The notes under the pieces were generated by a model. It saw only the letters and a program-made list of their open reading frames with translations, had not been told where the DNA came from and did no database searches. The translations under genes were made by a program, and so were the position numbers. DNA of 64,000 nt from Candidatus Latescibacterota bacterium (GTDB lineage Bacteria; Latescibacterota; CBDEFO01): the NCBI GenBank assembly GCA_965248755.1, contig OZ252149.1, positions 1,376,001 through 1,440,000 on the forward strand, in the 5' to 3' direction. This document shows positions 39,554 through 49,540 of this stretch, one piece after another (position 1 is the first letter of the stretch; every line of letters starts with the position of its first letter).

Positions 39554-40562
39554 CTATGTCTCCTATTATATAGGCTTTTTCCTTGTTATCTTCCAAGACC
39601 TTAAGGACATCACTAGCATAATTTTTGGAGACCAACAGGCCTAAGCCAATTCCCATATTGAAGGTGCGAAACATTTCGTCCCAAGCTACATTTCCTACCC
39701 TTTGAAGGAGGGAGAATATAGGCGGAACATCCCACGATTTTGTGTCTACGAGCGCTGCCACCCCATCGGGAAGGATCCTTGGGATGTTGTCTTTTAGTCC
39801 TCCTCCCGTGATGTGGGCGATGCCTTTGATGCCGTCCTCTTCTAAGAGTCCCCATAAGGGTTTGAAATAACATCTGTGAGGCTTGAGGAGTTCCTCTTTA
39901 AGCGTCGTTCCTAACTCTTCTACAAAGTCGTCAATCTCAAGCCCTGCCACTTCGAACAACAGCTTCCTTGCCAGGGAATATCCGTTGGTGTGCAGACCGT
40001 CGGAGGCTATGCCGATTATCTTATCGCCCTTCTTAATAGCCGAACCGTCTATTATCTTCTCTTTCTCGACGATCCCCACTATAGTCCCCACTAAATCGTA
40101 CTCATTCTGCTCGTAGAAATCTGGCAACTCGGCGGTCTCGCCTCCTAAGAGGGCACAGCCTACCTGCCTGCATCCTTCCGCTATTCCTTCGATCACGCTT
40201 TTGGCTACATCGGGGTCGAGTTTCCCCATAGACAGACAGTCCATAAAAAAGAGGGGTCTTGCCCCCTGGGCAAGTATGTCGTTGACGCAGTGCGCTACAA
40301 GGTCTCTTCCGACGGTGTTGTGGATTCCGGTCAAGAAGGCTATCTTGAGCTTGGTTCCGACGCTGTCTATGCTCGCAACCAACACCGGCTCTTTGTAGCT
40401 CTTTACGTCTAACGCCAGAAGTCCGCCGAAATTCCCGACGTCGGATAGGACAGAGGGACCAAATGTGGAGCGTACGGCCGATTTCATTCTCCCTATGGCA
40501 TCATCTTGGGCGGAAATATCCACTCCGGCGTCTCTATAGCCGAACGTCCGCTTTTCCCCCAT
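39519..40562 (-). CDS. purM: Phosphoribosylformylglycinamidine cyclo-ligase
   Basis: YRDAGVD, DSVGTK, GGETAE, GLHTNGYSL, AHITGGG and TFNMGIG motifs. Confidence 0.97.
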   Translation of the reverse strand: MGEKRTFGYRDAGVDISAQDDAIGRMKSAVRSTFGPSVLSDVGNFGGLLALDVKSYKEPVLVASIDSVGTKLKIAFLTGIHNTVGRDLVAHCVNDILAQGARPLFFMDCLSMGKLDPDVAKSVIEGIAEGCRQVGCALLGGETAELPDFYEQNEYDLVGTIVGIVEKEKIIDGSAIKKGDKIIGIASDGLHTNGYSLARKLLFEVAGLEIDDFVEELGTTLKEELLKPHRCYFKPLWGLLEEDGIKGIAHITGGGLKDNIPRILPDGVAALVDTKSWDVPPIFSLLQRVGNVAWDEMFRTFNMGIGLGLLVSKNYASDVLKVLEDNKEKAYIIGDIVDGDKETRFTC

Positions 40563-40567
40563 ATCTC

Positions 40568-41158
40568 CTATTTCCCTCCTCTGAAGCCTCCGCCGCTGAA
40601 GCCTCTTGTCCTACCTCTTCCAAGGCTCCCCTGTCTTACGGTTCTGCCGTAATATCCGGAGCGTTGATACCTGTAGTCGTACCTTGGATAGCCCCCGTAG
40701 TAGCCGTACTGGCCTCTGAACATGCTGCTGATCATCCACATGGTCAGTATATCCCCCGCGCCGATGTAGCTGTGGCGGCGGTAACGGTCGGTGGCGACTA
40801 GCCTCTGGGAAGACCTCTCAGCTTCGAGCTTGAAGACGAGCATGTCCGAACCTGGACTATATCCTGACATTCTGTCCCTGTCGACAAAGCCCACGATGCT
40901 ACCGTCTTTTTGCTCTCTGACCTCCACACGCCCCTGGCCCTTGTAGAGACCTTTAGCGTTGATGTCGTTCTCAAAGCTTCTGAGATCCCTGCTGTCCCGT
41001 TTGACGAAGTCCTTGTAGAGTTTCAAGACCTCTTCAAGATCTACATCTGCCGCTGCGGCTCCGGACGCCCCGGGTCCTCCATCCAGTGCGCAGGACAGTG
41101 TGGCCAATGCAGTCAAAAGGACCGCTGTCAAAAAGATCTGTGATTTCAAAGTTTTCAC
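40568..41158 (-). CDS. Putative lipoprotein with a Gly/Arg/Tyr-rich tail
   Basis: Lipobox-like TLSC; C-terminal RGFSGGGFRGGK. Confidence 0.65.
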   Translation of the reverse strand: MKTLKSQIFLTAVLLTALATLSCALDGGPGASGAAAADVDLEEVLKLYKDFVKRDSRDLRSFENDINAKGLYKGQGRVEVREQKDGSIVGFVDRDRMSGYSPGSDMLVFKLEAERSSQRLVATDRYRRHSYIGAGDILTMWMISSMFRGQYGYYGGYPRYDYRYQRSGYYGRTVRQGSLGRGRTRGFSGGGFRGGK

Positions 41159-41161
41159 TCC

Positions 41162-42325
41162 CTATAGTTTAGAGGTCGCCTTCTCCATCCTTTGGAGGGC
41201 TTCCTTTATGTTCTCAACGGAGTTGGCGTAGGAGAATCTGAGATATCCGTCTCCATATTCCCCAAAGGACGTGCCTGAAAGACACGCCACGCCTGCTTCA
41301 TGTAATAGATAGTCCTGGAGCTTTTCGGAGTCCATGGGAAGTTCCTTAACGTTGGGAAAGACGTAGAAGGCCCCGTGTGGACTCAGACAGCTTATCCCTT
41401 CGATGCTGTTTAGCCCTTCTACTATGGCGTCCCGCCTTATCTTAAACTCGGTGACCATCTTCTCCGATTCATCCTGTGGTCCAGTTAGCGCCTCTATTCC
41501 GGCTATCTGGGTGAAACTGGCAGTGCAGGAGTTGCTGTTGACCATAAGCTTTGCGACCTGTTCTGCGAGAGTTTCGGGCATAGCTCCGTAGCCCATTCGC
41601 CATCCGGTCATAGCGTAGGTCTTGGAGAATCCCTCCAGAAGGATCGTCTTATCCTGCATGCCGGGAATAGACAGAATGCTTTCGTGTTCGCCACGGTAGA
41701 GGATTCTGCTGTAGACTTCATCCGTCAGGACTATGATGTCCCTTTCAAGTGCGATCTGTGCTACGGCTTCGATATGCTCCTTTGAGAGGACTCCGCCCGT
41801 AGGATTCTGAGGCGAGTTCAAGATTATCATTCTGGTCTTATCGCTGACTCTGTCCCTTAAGTCATCTACGGAGAAGCTGAACTCTTTCTCCTCCAAGAGC
41901 GGAAGCGGAACGGGCTTTGCACCGATGAAGTTTATGACCGATTCGTAGATGGGGAAGCCCGGATTCGGATAGATCACCTCCTCGCCCGGGTCGACGCAGG
42001 CCATGATACAGAAGAACATTATGGGCTTGGCGCCGGGCGTCACTACGATCTGATCTGGATTGCAGTCCACACCCCTGGTCTTTTGGACCTCTTCTGCTAT
42101 GACCTCCCTCAATTCGGGCAACCCAGCAGATGGCCCATAGTGAGTATAGCCGTCGTCAATGGCTCTTTTTGCCGCCTCCTTGATGTTGGACGGAGTATCG
42201 AAGTCCGGCTCACCAATCTCCAGATGAATGATGTCCTTCCCCTGGGCTTCCAGCTTCTTGGCTTTTGCCAGGACTTCAAACGCAGTCTCCGTCCCGAGTC
42301 TGCTCATACTTTCGGCTAAGTGCAT
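41162..42325 (-). CDS. PLP-dependent class I/II (aspartate-type) aminotransferase
   Basis: GEPDF, NSPQNPTG, DEVY and FSKTYAMTGWRMG motifs. Confidence 0.95.
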   Translation of the reverse strand: MHLAESMSRLGTETAFEVLAKAKKLEAQGKDIIHLEIGEPDFDTPSNIKEAAKRAIDDGYTHYGPSAGLPELREVIAEEVQKTRGVDCNPDQIVVTPGAKPIMFFCIMACVDPGEEVIYPNPGFPIYESVINFIGAKPVPLPLLEEKEFSFSVDDLRDRVSDKTRMIILNSPQNPTGGVLSKEHIEAVAQIALERDIIVLTDEVYSRILYRGEHESILSIPGMQDKTILLEGFSKTYAMTGWRMGYGAMPETLAEQVAKLMVNSNSCTASFTQIAGIEALTGPQDESEKMVTEFKIRRDAIVEGLNSIEGISCLSPHGAFYVFPNVKELPMDSEKLQDYLLHEAGVACLSGTSFGEYGDGYLRFSYANSVENIKEALQRMEKATSKL

Positions 42326-42388
42326 TCTTCCTCTCCCCTGTTTACTTTTGCGCAGATTTGGTTTTTGCCTATTTGATGGTTTTTATTT

Positions 42389-42460
42389 GCCTAACGACTA
42401 AGCTGATCTCCCGAAATGGCGCACAGTGGAATAGCAATCGGGTGCAGCGCATTGTCAGCC
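42389..42460 (-). mobile_element. Integron attC site (72 bp)
   Basis: Minus strand: GGCTGAC-AATGC-GCTGCACCCGATTG ... TCGGGAGATCAGC-TTAGTC-GTTAGGC, 2 bp after the TIR gene stop. Confidence 0.75.
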
Positions 42461-42462
42461 GA

Positions 42463-43541
42463 CTATGTGGAGATCTTCACAATACCAAAGCCAATAAGCT
42501 CGTTAAGGATATCCATAGTTCTTGATTCCAAGTCATCCTTTTCGAAAGAAATGTACCCAAGATCTCCAAAATTCGCAGGGAAGTCTACGTCTGTTTCTTT
42601 CATTATTACAATGCGATGATCATACAAGTATCCTGACGCGCCAAGCTCATAAACAACATTCTCGCTTGGACGGAATATTGTTTTTCCATCCTTGTCCGTA
42701 AGTTTTTCATCAGCAGTAAAGATCAAAATCGCACAGTTACATGACTTCATTACCTCTCGTACTTTCCCGCTTATCGGACGCCCAAGGTTTGGTTCTTCCA
42801 TAGCTACTTTATGGGGGATCTTGAATTGTTCTAGAATCTTCTTTAGCTGCTCTAAAGGTTTCTTGTTTTTTCCGTGAGCAATAAAGATGGATTGTCCAAG
42901 TGGCTTATCTCTTGTTTCTTGAACCCGAGCAAGTTCCACAGGCGTTTCTGATACCTCCTCCTCTTCATCTACATCTGGTCCTTCTATTAGTGGTTCTACT
43001 GATTTATGGGCCTGCCCTTTGTGTCCTATGAAGTCGATCAGCGCTTCAGCAGCAAAACTGAAACGGGTAGGATTGCCTTTCCTGCCAGGAATTAGTGTTC
43101 CCAGTTTAGCACCGGCGGTAACATGAAAAAAACAAATGGCTTGGTTCTTGATGCTTGATTCATTTTCTCCCACTTCTTCGCGAAAATGATCGTGCCAATG
43201 TGCAGCGACATCTAACGTGGTCAGTGAGTCTTCGTGTCGATGCGCGACCCTTTCAACAATCGCTGAATATGCAGGGATCTTATGAACCACATTGAGAAGG
43301 ACTTGAGTGACATGATCCTCTCTTTCAACAAGTTTCCTCCCCGCAGGACTTAGCTTGAGACGACCATCTTCTTCTTCGCTAATGAGATCCCAGAATTTAA
43401 GCGCTGCGAGCTTGCGACCGTCAAGCCTCTTAGAATTAAGCACAGTCTTAGCTTCCTTAACAGTGGCCCCGGTTGGTTTCGTTGCCAAATATTTGCAAAG
43501 CTCGGTTATGTCCTCAAGAGTAGTTCTTAAGGAAGTGCCAT
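42463..43541 (-). CDS. CAP12/Pycsar-type TIR-domain protein with an N-terminal helical/wHTH-like region (gene cassette, apparent 1-nt deletion after codon 4)
   Basis: IFIAHGKN, AILIFTAD, RPSENVVYELG and FPANFGDLGYI motifs. The AAGGAGG-preceded ATG at 43541 reads MALP* and is one nt out of frame with LRTTLED. Confidence 0.8.
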
Positions 43542-43709
43542 AGCTCTTCCTCCTTGCTACAATAATTTCTAGTTCCCTAACCAAGATTATACAGTCAGCA
43601 TAAACTTGACAACATAGACTATCTTCTTGTGGATGAACTTCCTGAGCCTCTTCTCGTTAGAGATTGACAGTAAGATTGCGATTGCCATCCTGTCTTTTCT
43701 TGATCCTAC

Positions 43710-45470
43710 TCAGTCTTTTAGGCTGACGCATATCTCGGCATCGGGTTCCAGATCGAAAAAGAGGACCAGGTGAAACTCACCATCCGTATTCCTGGCCAGC
43801 AGAAAGTCCTTCGCGTTCGTTTCAACCCGGCCGGGATTCTCGGCCAGCGCCCTGGGCACGTCCCACAGCGCTATGGCGTAGTCCTTGAAGCTGGCTGTGG
43901 TCAGCATTTTCAATCGAATCGGCAGGCCGCCGTCGCGCGACCACTTGGATGGAGCGACATCCACGTCCGGCGTCTCCACGTGGCTGATGGCGCTGCCGAG
44001 CGGGCCGACGGTCTGATCGGTGTAATCGAACCACCAGATTGGATTCGGGCTCTCACGCTCGAAGCGGATCTGGCGCTTCTGGTCCTCGACGATTAGATAC
44101 TCGCACGACAGCGGGTCCTTGTATCGGCCGTCCCTTCTTCGCTCATCCATTATGGTGGAGATGCGCGTCAGCCACGGGATCCGTTCGCGCGGGACGAGTT
44201 CACGCACGACGGTCCACTTGGTCAGCCACCATACGTCATAGTGCAGGTGATCCGTCTTGCTGCTGAACACGGTGCGCGGCGTCACCTTGAAATGCCGGCG
44301 ATAATAGTCGGCGATGTCAAGTGAGCGGGCAAAGACGAGCTTGTACTCTTTGGTGAATTCGAAAAAGAAGTGCCGCTGGTATTGTTCCACAAACCGGAAC
44401 ATCTGCTCGCCTTCGTAACCCTCCCTAAAGAGAGGGTTCGACACGTCGTAATGCTTGGTGACGCCGTCATACAGGGGAACAAGGAACGCCGGGTGTCCGC
44501 TCATCTCCACCAGGTTCCTGGCTTCTTCCATGCCCGGCACGAGGCATTTGAGCGCGACGTCCCACTGCCCCTCCGACATGCCGTAGTGATAACGAACCGG
44601 CCCCAGAAAATGGTAGCCTCCGCAGAAGTCCCACTGATGCACAACCACGGAGCCATTTTCGCTCTGGTCAACCTTTCGGCAATCCACTTGTGAGGCGAAA
44701 TAGGGAAACTCCGGCATTCCCAGCCACGGCTTGTCGTTGGCCTGCCGCAGGCCAAAGTGACTGTTCACACCCAGACGCTGAAGAGTCTCCACGTAGCCCG
44801 GGTCCAGGTCGTGCCACATCTCGATCCGAGCGGTGCGGGCGTCGTTGGCGTCCGGCAGCAGCGACCGGACCTTCTCCAGCATCTGCCCATAAAGCAGCTC
44901 GCGATGGTCGGACGTCATGGTAGCTTCACTGCGGGCCAGCGGGGTATCGGGCAGTACGGCAGCGATGGCGTCGCCGAAACGGCGGTGGTTCTCACGAAAA
45001 CGTTCAAAGAGCGGGTCGTTCTCGTCAAACCGATCTATCGGAAGCCGATAATCCAGCGGCACGCCGGCCCCGTGCAGAGTCGGATTTGGCTCCAGTTCGA
45101 GGAACGAACTAAAACGTATAACGATCCAGTCGTCTTCGATTACCGAGAAATAGCGGTAGAACGATTCGCCGGCGGCGCGCCAGCGCGCTATGTAATTGCC
45201 CGGGCGCCGCGGCTGATACGTGACAGTCGCGCGCCCGTTCTGGAAATCCAGCTCGACTCTCTCCGATTCCAGCGTCTCGAGCCAATCCAGATCTCCACCA
45301 GCAGTGAACTTTTTACCTGGATTAGCCCGCTCGAGGTATTTCGGGAAGATCACCAGGTCGTCCGCGGACATCCCGATCGGAAGGAAGAAGTGGAATTCTA
45401 TCTGCTCGCCCAGTTTTAAGAGCCTGGAGCCGGTCGTCCACTGCGGCATATTCAACAGCTTCTCGTTCAT
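43710..45470 (-). CDS. Hypothetical protein (586 aa, high GC)
   Basis: Long ORF with no motif I recognise confidently. Confidence 0.75.
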   Translation of the reverse strand: MNEKLLNMPQWTTGSRLLKLGEQIEFHFFLPIGMSADDLVIFPKYLERANPGKKFTAGGDLDWLETLESERVELDFQNGRATVTYQPRRPGNYIARWRAAGESFYRYFSVIEDDWIVIRFSSFLELEPNPTLHGAGVPLDYRLPIDRFDENDPLFERFRENHRRFGDAIAAVLPDTPLARSEATMTSDHRELLYGQMLEKVRSLLPDANDARTARIEMWHDLDPGYVETLQRLGVNSHFGLRQANDKPWLGMPEFPYFASQVDCRKVDQSENGSVVVHQWDFCGGYHFLGPVRYHYGMSEGQWDVALKCLVPGMEEARNLVEMSGHPAFLVPLYDGVTKHYDVSNPLFREGYEGEQMFRFVEQYQRHFFFEFTKEYKLVFARSLDIADYYRRHFKVTPRTVFSSKTDHLHYDVWWLTKWTVVRELVPRERIPWLTRISTIMDERRRDGRYKDPLSCEYLIVEDQKRQIRFERESPNPIWWFDYTDQTVGPLGSAISHVETPDVDVAPSKWSRDGGLPIRLKMLTTASFKDYAIALWDVPRALAENPGRVETNAKDFLLARNTDGEFHLVLFFDLEPDAEICVSLKD

Positions 45471-45517
45471 GATTGGCCTACTTCTATTCTTCCACTCCTA
45501 ATCTATCCTTCAGCGTT

Positions 45518-46531
45518 TTACTCGTCCTTCCTGGTAAGGCTCGCTGCATAATCATCCAATTGGTAAGCATCCATCCAATTCCCCTCGGGCATAGGTTCTT
45601 CAGGCATCACGTATTTTAGGAGCTGGACTGCCTTGGCCAGCGAGTCGTCAACGGTCAGGTAGGGCTCCTCGCACTCGATGCTCAGAGGGCCATCATATCC
45701 GACTCGACGCAGCGTCGTGATGAAGTCGCGCCAGAATAACTCGCCATGACCATAGCCGAGCGTGCGGTAGCTCCAGGAACGCTTGTCCCACTCGTCGTAG
45801 TAGGCGCTGGAGGCGATGCCGTCGCGGGCTACGAGTCTGGGGTCCAGGGCGACATCTTTCACGTGGCAAGTATAGACCGCATCGGCGATCGTTTCGATAA
45901 ACACGATCGGATCTATGCCCTGCCACCAGAGGTGAGATGGGTCCAGGTTCATGCCGATGGTCGGCCCGACCTCTTCGCGGAGCCGAAGGAACGTCTGGGT
46001 GTTATAGACCGCATCACCAGTGTGTGGCTCGATACACAGCCTGACGTCGTACTCGTCAGCAATTTTGGCGGCCTGCTTCCAGTACGGGATGATCTTTTGA
46101 TCCCACTGCCAATTATAAGCATCCTTCCACATGACAAAGGCGGAGTTGATAATCCAGTTGGGAGTCTTGTCATCCGGGCCGCCCCCTGGTGTTCCGGCGA
46201 GCAAGCTGATGTGGTGAATGTCCAGCCAGTTAGCGATCTTGCAGGTCGCCACCAAGTCTGCATGAGCCGCATCCGCGATCTCTTTGTTTGGGTGGATGGG
46301 ATTGCCATGGCAGCCAAAGGAACAGATCCTCATTTCGCGCTCCTCGAGGCTGTGCTTGAACGCATCGAACACCGATTGGTCCGCTGCAAGCTGAACCGGG
46401 TCATAGTGAACTTTGGGAATGTGTCCTCCGCCGCAGGCCTCGACCAAATGGATGTCGTGGCGCTTTGCCGAATCCAACATCTCTTCCCAGGACCGCTCAA
46501 GCATGCTCGCTGCCATAAGTGAGAGTTCCAT
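45518..46531 (-). CDS. Sugar phosphate isomerase/epimerase (xylose-isomerase-like TIM barrel)
   Basis: CHGNPIHP, IEPH, NLDPSHLWWQG, HVKD and LSIECE motifs. Confidence 0.9.
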   Translation of the reverse strand: MELSLMAASMLERSWEEMLDSAKRHDIHLVEACGGGHIPKVHYDPVQLAADQSVFDAFKHSLEEREMRICSFGCHGNPIHPNKEIADAAHADLVATCKIANWLDIHHISLLAGTPGGGPDDKTPNWIINSAFVMWKDAYNWQWDQKIIPYWKQAAKIADEYDVRLCIEPHTGDAVYNTQTFLRLREEVGPTIGMNLDPSHLWWQGIDPIVFIETIADAVYTCHVKDVALDPRLVARDGIASSAYYDEWDKRSWSYRTLGYGHGELFWRDFITTLRRVGYDGPLSIECEEPYLTVDDSLAKAVQLLKYVMPEEPMPEGNWMDAYQLDDYAASLTRKDE

Positions 46532-46672
46532 GCCCTTCTCCTCTAATGTTCTGTCAAGCTCATTTTGACGGGTAGATTGCTAACCATCCGAAGTCAATTT
46601 CTTTCTGAGAAATACGCCGACCCGCCAGAGGGTGGTCAGATACAGCCTACGCGATCCGTGCCACTGCGGCGC

Positions 46673-46777
46673 GCTTGCCCAGTTTCAGCAGCCTGGAGCC
46701 GGTCGTCCACTGCGGTATCTTCAACAGCTTCTCGTTCGTGATCCGCCTACGCCTCCCCTTCCACTCCTATTCTATCC
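46673..46777 (-). repeat. Second copy of the 5' end and leader of gene 43710-45470 (copy 1 at 45404-45509)
   Basis: Shared AGCCTGGAGCCGGTCGTCCACTGCGG..TTCAACAGCTTCTCGTTC..CTTCCACTCCTA. Start codon mutated ATG to ACG. Confidence 0.85.
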
Positions 46778-46914
46778 TCCGAACTATGATTATACGGTCC
46801 GCACAAACTTGCCAAAGTAGGCTGTCTCTTCTCTATAAACTTCCTGAGCCTCTCGTCGTTAAGGAGTCTCAATCCTTGAATTTCGATATTCCATCGTCCG
46901 GCGCAATCTCAGCT

Positions 46915-47331
46915 TTAATAAAGATCCATAACCATCTTCCCATCGTGCTCAGGGTTGGGAATCAGGGCTTGTTTTTTTGGATCTGGTTGAAGATCCAGGT
47001 TTTCTAAAGGGATGTATCCCACAAGCGGGGGAACGTCCTCCGGAAGTTCCATCACATCTACCGTGCAGGTCCTATCCATAATGGTCAAGCGTGCTCCCTG
47101 AAACACTTGACGCTCGACAGTTCCATTAGCTGTCCTTGCTCCTGGAGTTCCCAGAGGAGTCAGCCCCAAATCTGAGATAACTTTTGCGGGCAGGCATAGA
47201 AGCGTTGTCCCAGTATCTACTAAGGCTTCCAGTTCGACAGACCGAATCTGCTCAGGCTCTAACTCTCCGCGCTCGGTGAGCATCACGTCCATTAGATTTT
47301 CGACTCTGATCTTAATTGTAATTCGTCCCAC
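46915..47331 (-). CDS. Clan AA (retropepsin-like) aspartic protease
   Basis: ALVDTGTT and LVGYIPLE motifs. Confidence 0.85.
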   Translation of the reverse strand: MGRITIKIRVENLMDVMLTERGELEPEQIRSVELEALVDTGTTLLCLPAKVISDLGLTPLGTPGARTANGTVERQVFQGARLTIMDRTCTVDVMELPEDVPPLVGYIPLENLDLQPDPKKQALIPNPEHDGKMVMDLY

Positions 47332-47426
47332 GAACTGTTGTCTCCTGCATCATTATCTAAGGTATGCGAATTTAGCTAACAGGGAGGCGCACCGGGTTAG
47401 CTAATAGCGTGCAAGTAGGTAATTAC

Positions 47427-47720
47427 TTATGGCAGCTCACCAATGATCTTCCGGTATTCATCCTCTGTGAAAGCCCGAAGGGTTTCGGTTCGGACATTGC
47501 CTGCCGAGGCAGTAACCAATGCCAGCTTGGCTATCGTTTCATCGTCCGGCGCTTCACAGACGGCGATCATATCATATTGACCAATCGTCATGTAGAAATC
47601 TTTGAATACCACACCCGCATCTTGGAAAGCCTTTCTGGCCGCATCGACCCGGCTGGGGCTATCCTTGATGTTTTGTATCCCTTGCTCCGTCCAGTTGAGC
47701 AGCATGATATAGGTTTTCAT
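47427..47720 (-). CDS. GYD domain protein
   Basis: WTEQG, GQYD and GNVRTETLRAF motifs. AAGGAGG RBS. Confidence 0.9.
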   Translation of the reverse strand: MKTYIMLLNWTEQGIQNIKDSPSRVDAARKAFQDAGVVFKDFYMTIGQYDMIAVCEAPDDETIAKLALVTASAGNVRTETLRAFTEDEYRKIIGELP

Positions 47721-47841
47721 TTGCTACCTCCTTTCAATATTTTCTGAGGCGCCTCCCTTCAGAGTACTACCTCGTTGAACTAATGCCAGGCTAAATCTTC
47801 TACTTCCCACCAGAACACATGTCAGTCTCCAGCCCAGAATC

Positions 47842-47923
47842 GAGATTGCTTCGGAGTTTCACCCGTCGCAATGACCTTGCTTGTTTCGTCCTTCAGTCAT
47901 TGCAAGCAAAGCGAAGCAATCTC
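47842..47923. repeat. CGTC-type REP pair
   Basis: GAGATTGCTTCG...CGCAATGAC and GTCATTGCAAGCAAAGCGAAGCAATCTC. Confidence 0.8.
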
Positions 47924-47933
47924 AACGCATCCT

Positions 47934-48368
47934 TCATTTTTGCTCTACAATCACTATGGCTACTTTTGCGACTCCAGTCCTTATCATCCCTACCTCCTGG
48001 GCAGCGGCGTATGAAAGATCGAGTATCCTACCTTTCACAAACGGTCCCCTGTCGTTTACCCTGACGGTAATACTCATACCGTTCTGGAGGTTGGTAACCT
48101 TAATTACAGTCCCAAAGGGGAGCTTCTTGTGCGCTGCTGTTAAGGCGTACATATCGAATATTTCACCGTTTGCCGTCGTCCTGCCGTGAAATTTCTCTCC
48201 GTAGTAGGAGCACATACCCGTCTGGTAAACATTTTTGGGGATCGCAACTGTTTTATGACGCTTATCCTGAGAATCTTTATCCGCGCGGTAGATCGGATTC
48301 GGATCGCACCCCAACAAGGCGGCGGCTATGGAAAATGTAATTAAGAGAATGTAAAAAGCTCGAAGCAT
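47934..48368 (-). CDS. rlpA: Septal ring lytic transglycosylase RlpA family lipoprotein
   Basis: Lipobox LLGC; SYYG..FHGRTTANGE, TAAHKKLPFG and VNDRGPF motifs. Confidence 0.92.
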   Translation of the reverse strand: MLRAFYILLITFSIAAALLGCDPNPIYRADKDSQDKRHKTVAIPKNVYQTGMCSYYGEKFHGRTTANGEIFDMYALTAAHKKLPFGTVIKVTNLQNGMSITVRVNDRGPFVKGRILDLSYAAAQEVGMIRTGVAKVAIVIVEQK

Positions 48369-48380
48369 ATATCCCCATGT

Positions 48381-48578
48381 TCAAAGTGATGTGAGGGTCG
48401 TCTTTCCCTTTCGCTTACGCCTTATAAAGCTCAATCCGAACCAGATGAGTATAAGGGCGGCTGATAATTTAATAGAGAACCAGATGACTCCAACTAAGAA
48501 GATAGCCATTCCGAATACGCCTTTAAGCAGGATCAGTATCCCTAAAAGGACTAGCACTATCCCGAGAAATTTTTTCAT
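48381..48578 (-). CDS. Small membrane protein
   Basis: 65 aa, hydrophobic, ATGA overlap with pyrD, GGAGG RBS. Confidence 0.7.
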   Translation of the reverse strand: MKKFLGIVLVLLGILILLKGVFGMAIFLVGVIWFSIKLSAALILIWFGLSFIRRKRKGKTTLTSL

Positions 48579-49540
48579 CTTTGCACCTCCTCAAGCAGCT
48601 CGGACGGGCTCAGGCTACCTTCAACGTCAACCTCAAGCGTTCCGACTATATCGGATATTCGCTCAATCTTGTTCTCCTGACAGTACTCCACTATTCCTTC
48701 TGCTATTATGGCAGAAATATTAGGCTGTCTGAAGTTTGCACTCCCGACCTGGACGGCGGATGCACCTGTTATCATAAATTCTAAGACGTCCTCGGCAGAA
48801 GTTATCCCGCCTATGCCGATTATGGGGATCTTTCTTGTCTCTGCCACTTTCCACACCATAGCTAACGCCACAGGCTTTACGGCGGGTCCTGAAAGCCCCC
48901 CTGTTACCGTAGAGAGCTCCGGCTTTTTCGTCTTCAGATCGACAGCCATACCCACAAGCGTGTTTATCAGTGAGACCGCATCGGCTCCGGCATCTTCCAC
49001 CGCTTTAGCGATGACCCCAACGTCGGTGACATTGGGCGTCAGCTTCCCTATGACCGGGATGTCGGTGGCTCTCTTTACGCCTGAGATGAGTTCGTAAGCC
49101 AGATTCGGATCGCAGCTGAAGGACATCCCTCCCTCCTTGACGTTGGGACAGGACATATTTACCTCTACGCCGTCTATTCCGGGACAGTCATCCAGTCTCC
49201 TGGCAAGTTCTACAAACTCATCTGTGCTCTTGCCGACGATGTTTACGATGACGGCTGTGTCCGCAGCGCGCAAAAAGGGCATCTTGTCACTGATGAACCC
49301 CTCTATCCCTACGTTTTGTAGGCCTATGCTGTTCAGCATTCCTGAAGCTGTCTCAAAGACCCTCCCCGGAGGGTTTCCTCTTCTCGGTTCGAGGCTTTTG
49401 GACTTGGTTACGACCCCGCCGATCTGCGACAGGTCCATAAATCTCGAGAATTCCTGACCGTAGGCAAACGTGCCTGAGGCGACCAGCACAGGATTTTTTA
49501 GACTTATACCTCCTACCTCCACCGAAGTATCTATGTTCAT
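48575..49540 (-). CDS. pyrD: Dihydroorotate dehydrogenase B, catalytic subunit
   Basis: ASGT, NSIGLQN, NMSCPN, KLTPN and GGLSG motifs. Confidence 0.95.
   Translation of the reverse strand: MNIDTSVEVGGISLKNPVLVASGTFAYGQEFSRFMDLSQIGGVVTKSKSLEPRRGNPPGRVFETASGMLNSIGLQNVGIEGFISDKMPFLRAADTAVIVNIVGKSTDEFVELARRLDDCPGIDGVEVNMSCPNVKEGGMSFSCDPNLAYELISGVKRATDIPVIGKLTPNVTDVGVIAKAVEDAGADAVSLINTLVGMAVDLKTKKPELSTVTGGLSGPAVKPVALAMVWKVAETRKIPIIGIGGITSAEDVLEFMITGASAVQVGSANFRQPNISAIIAEGIVEYCQENKIERISDIVGTLEVDVEGSLSPSELLEEVQR

Noticed and set aside
47372..47404. TTAGCTAAC-N15-GTTAGCTAA inverted repeat resembling attC R boxes
   Set aside because: Only ~30 bp with no L boxes, too short for a functional attC. A simple hairpin or, at most, a collapsed site.
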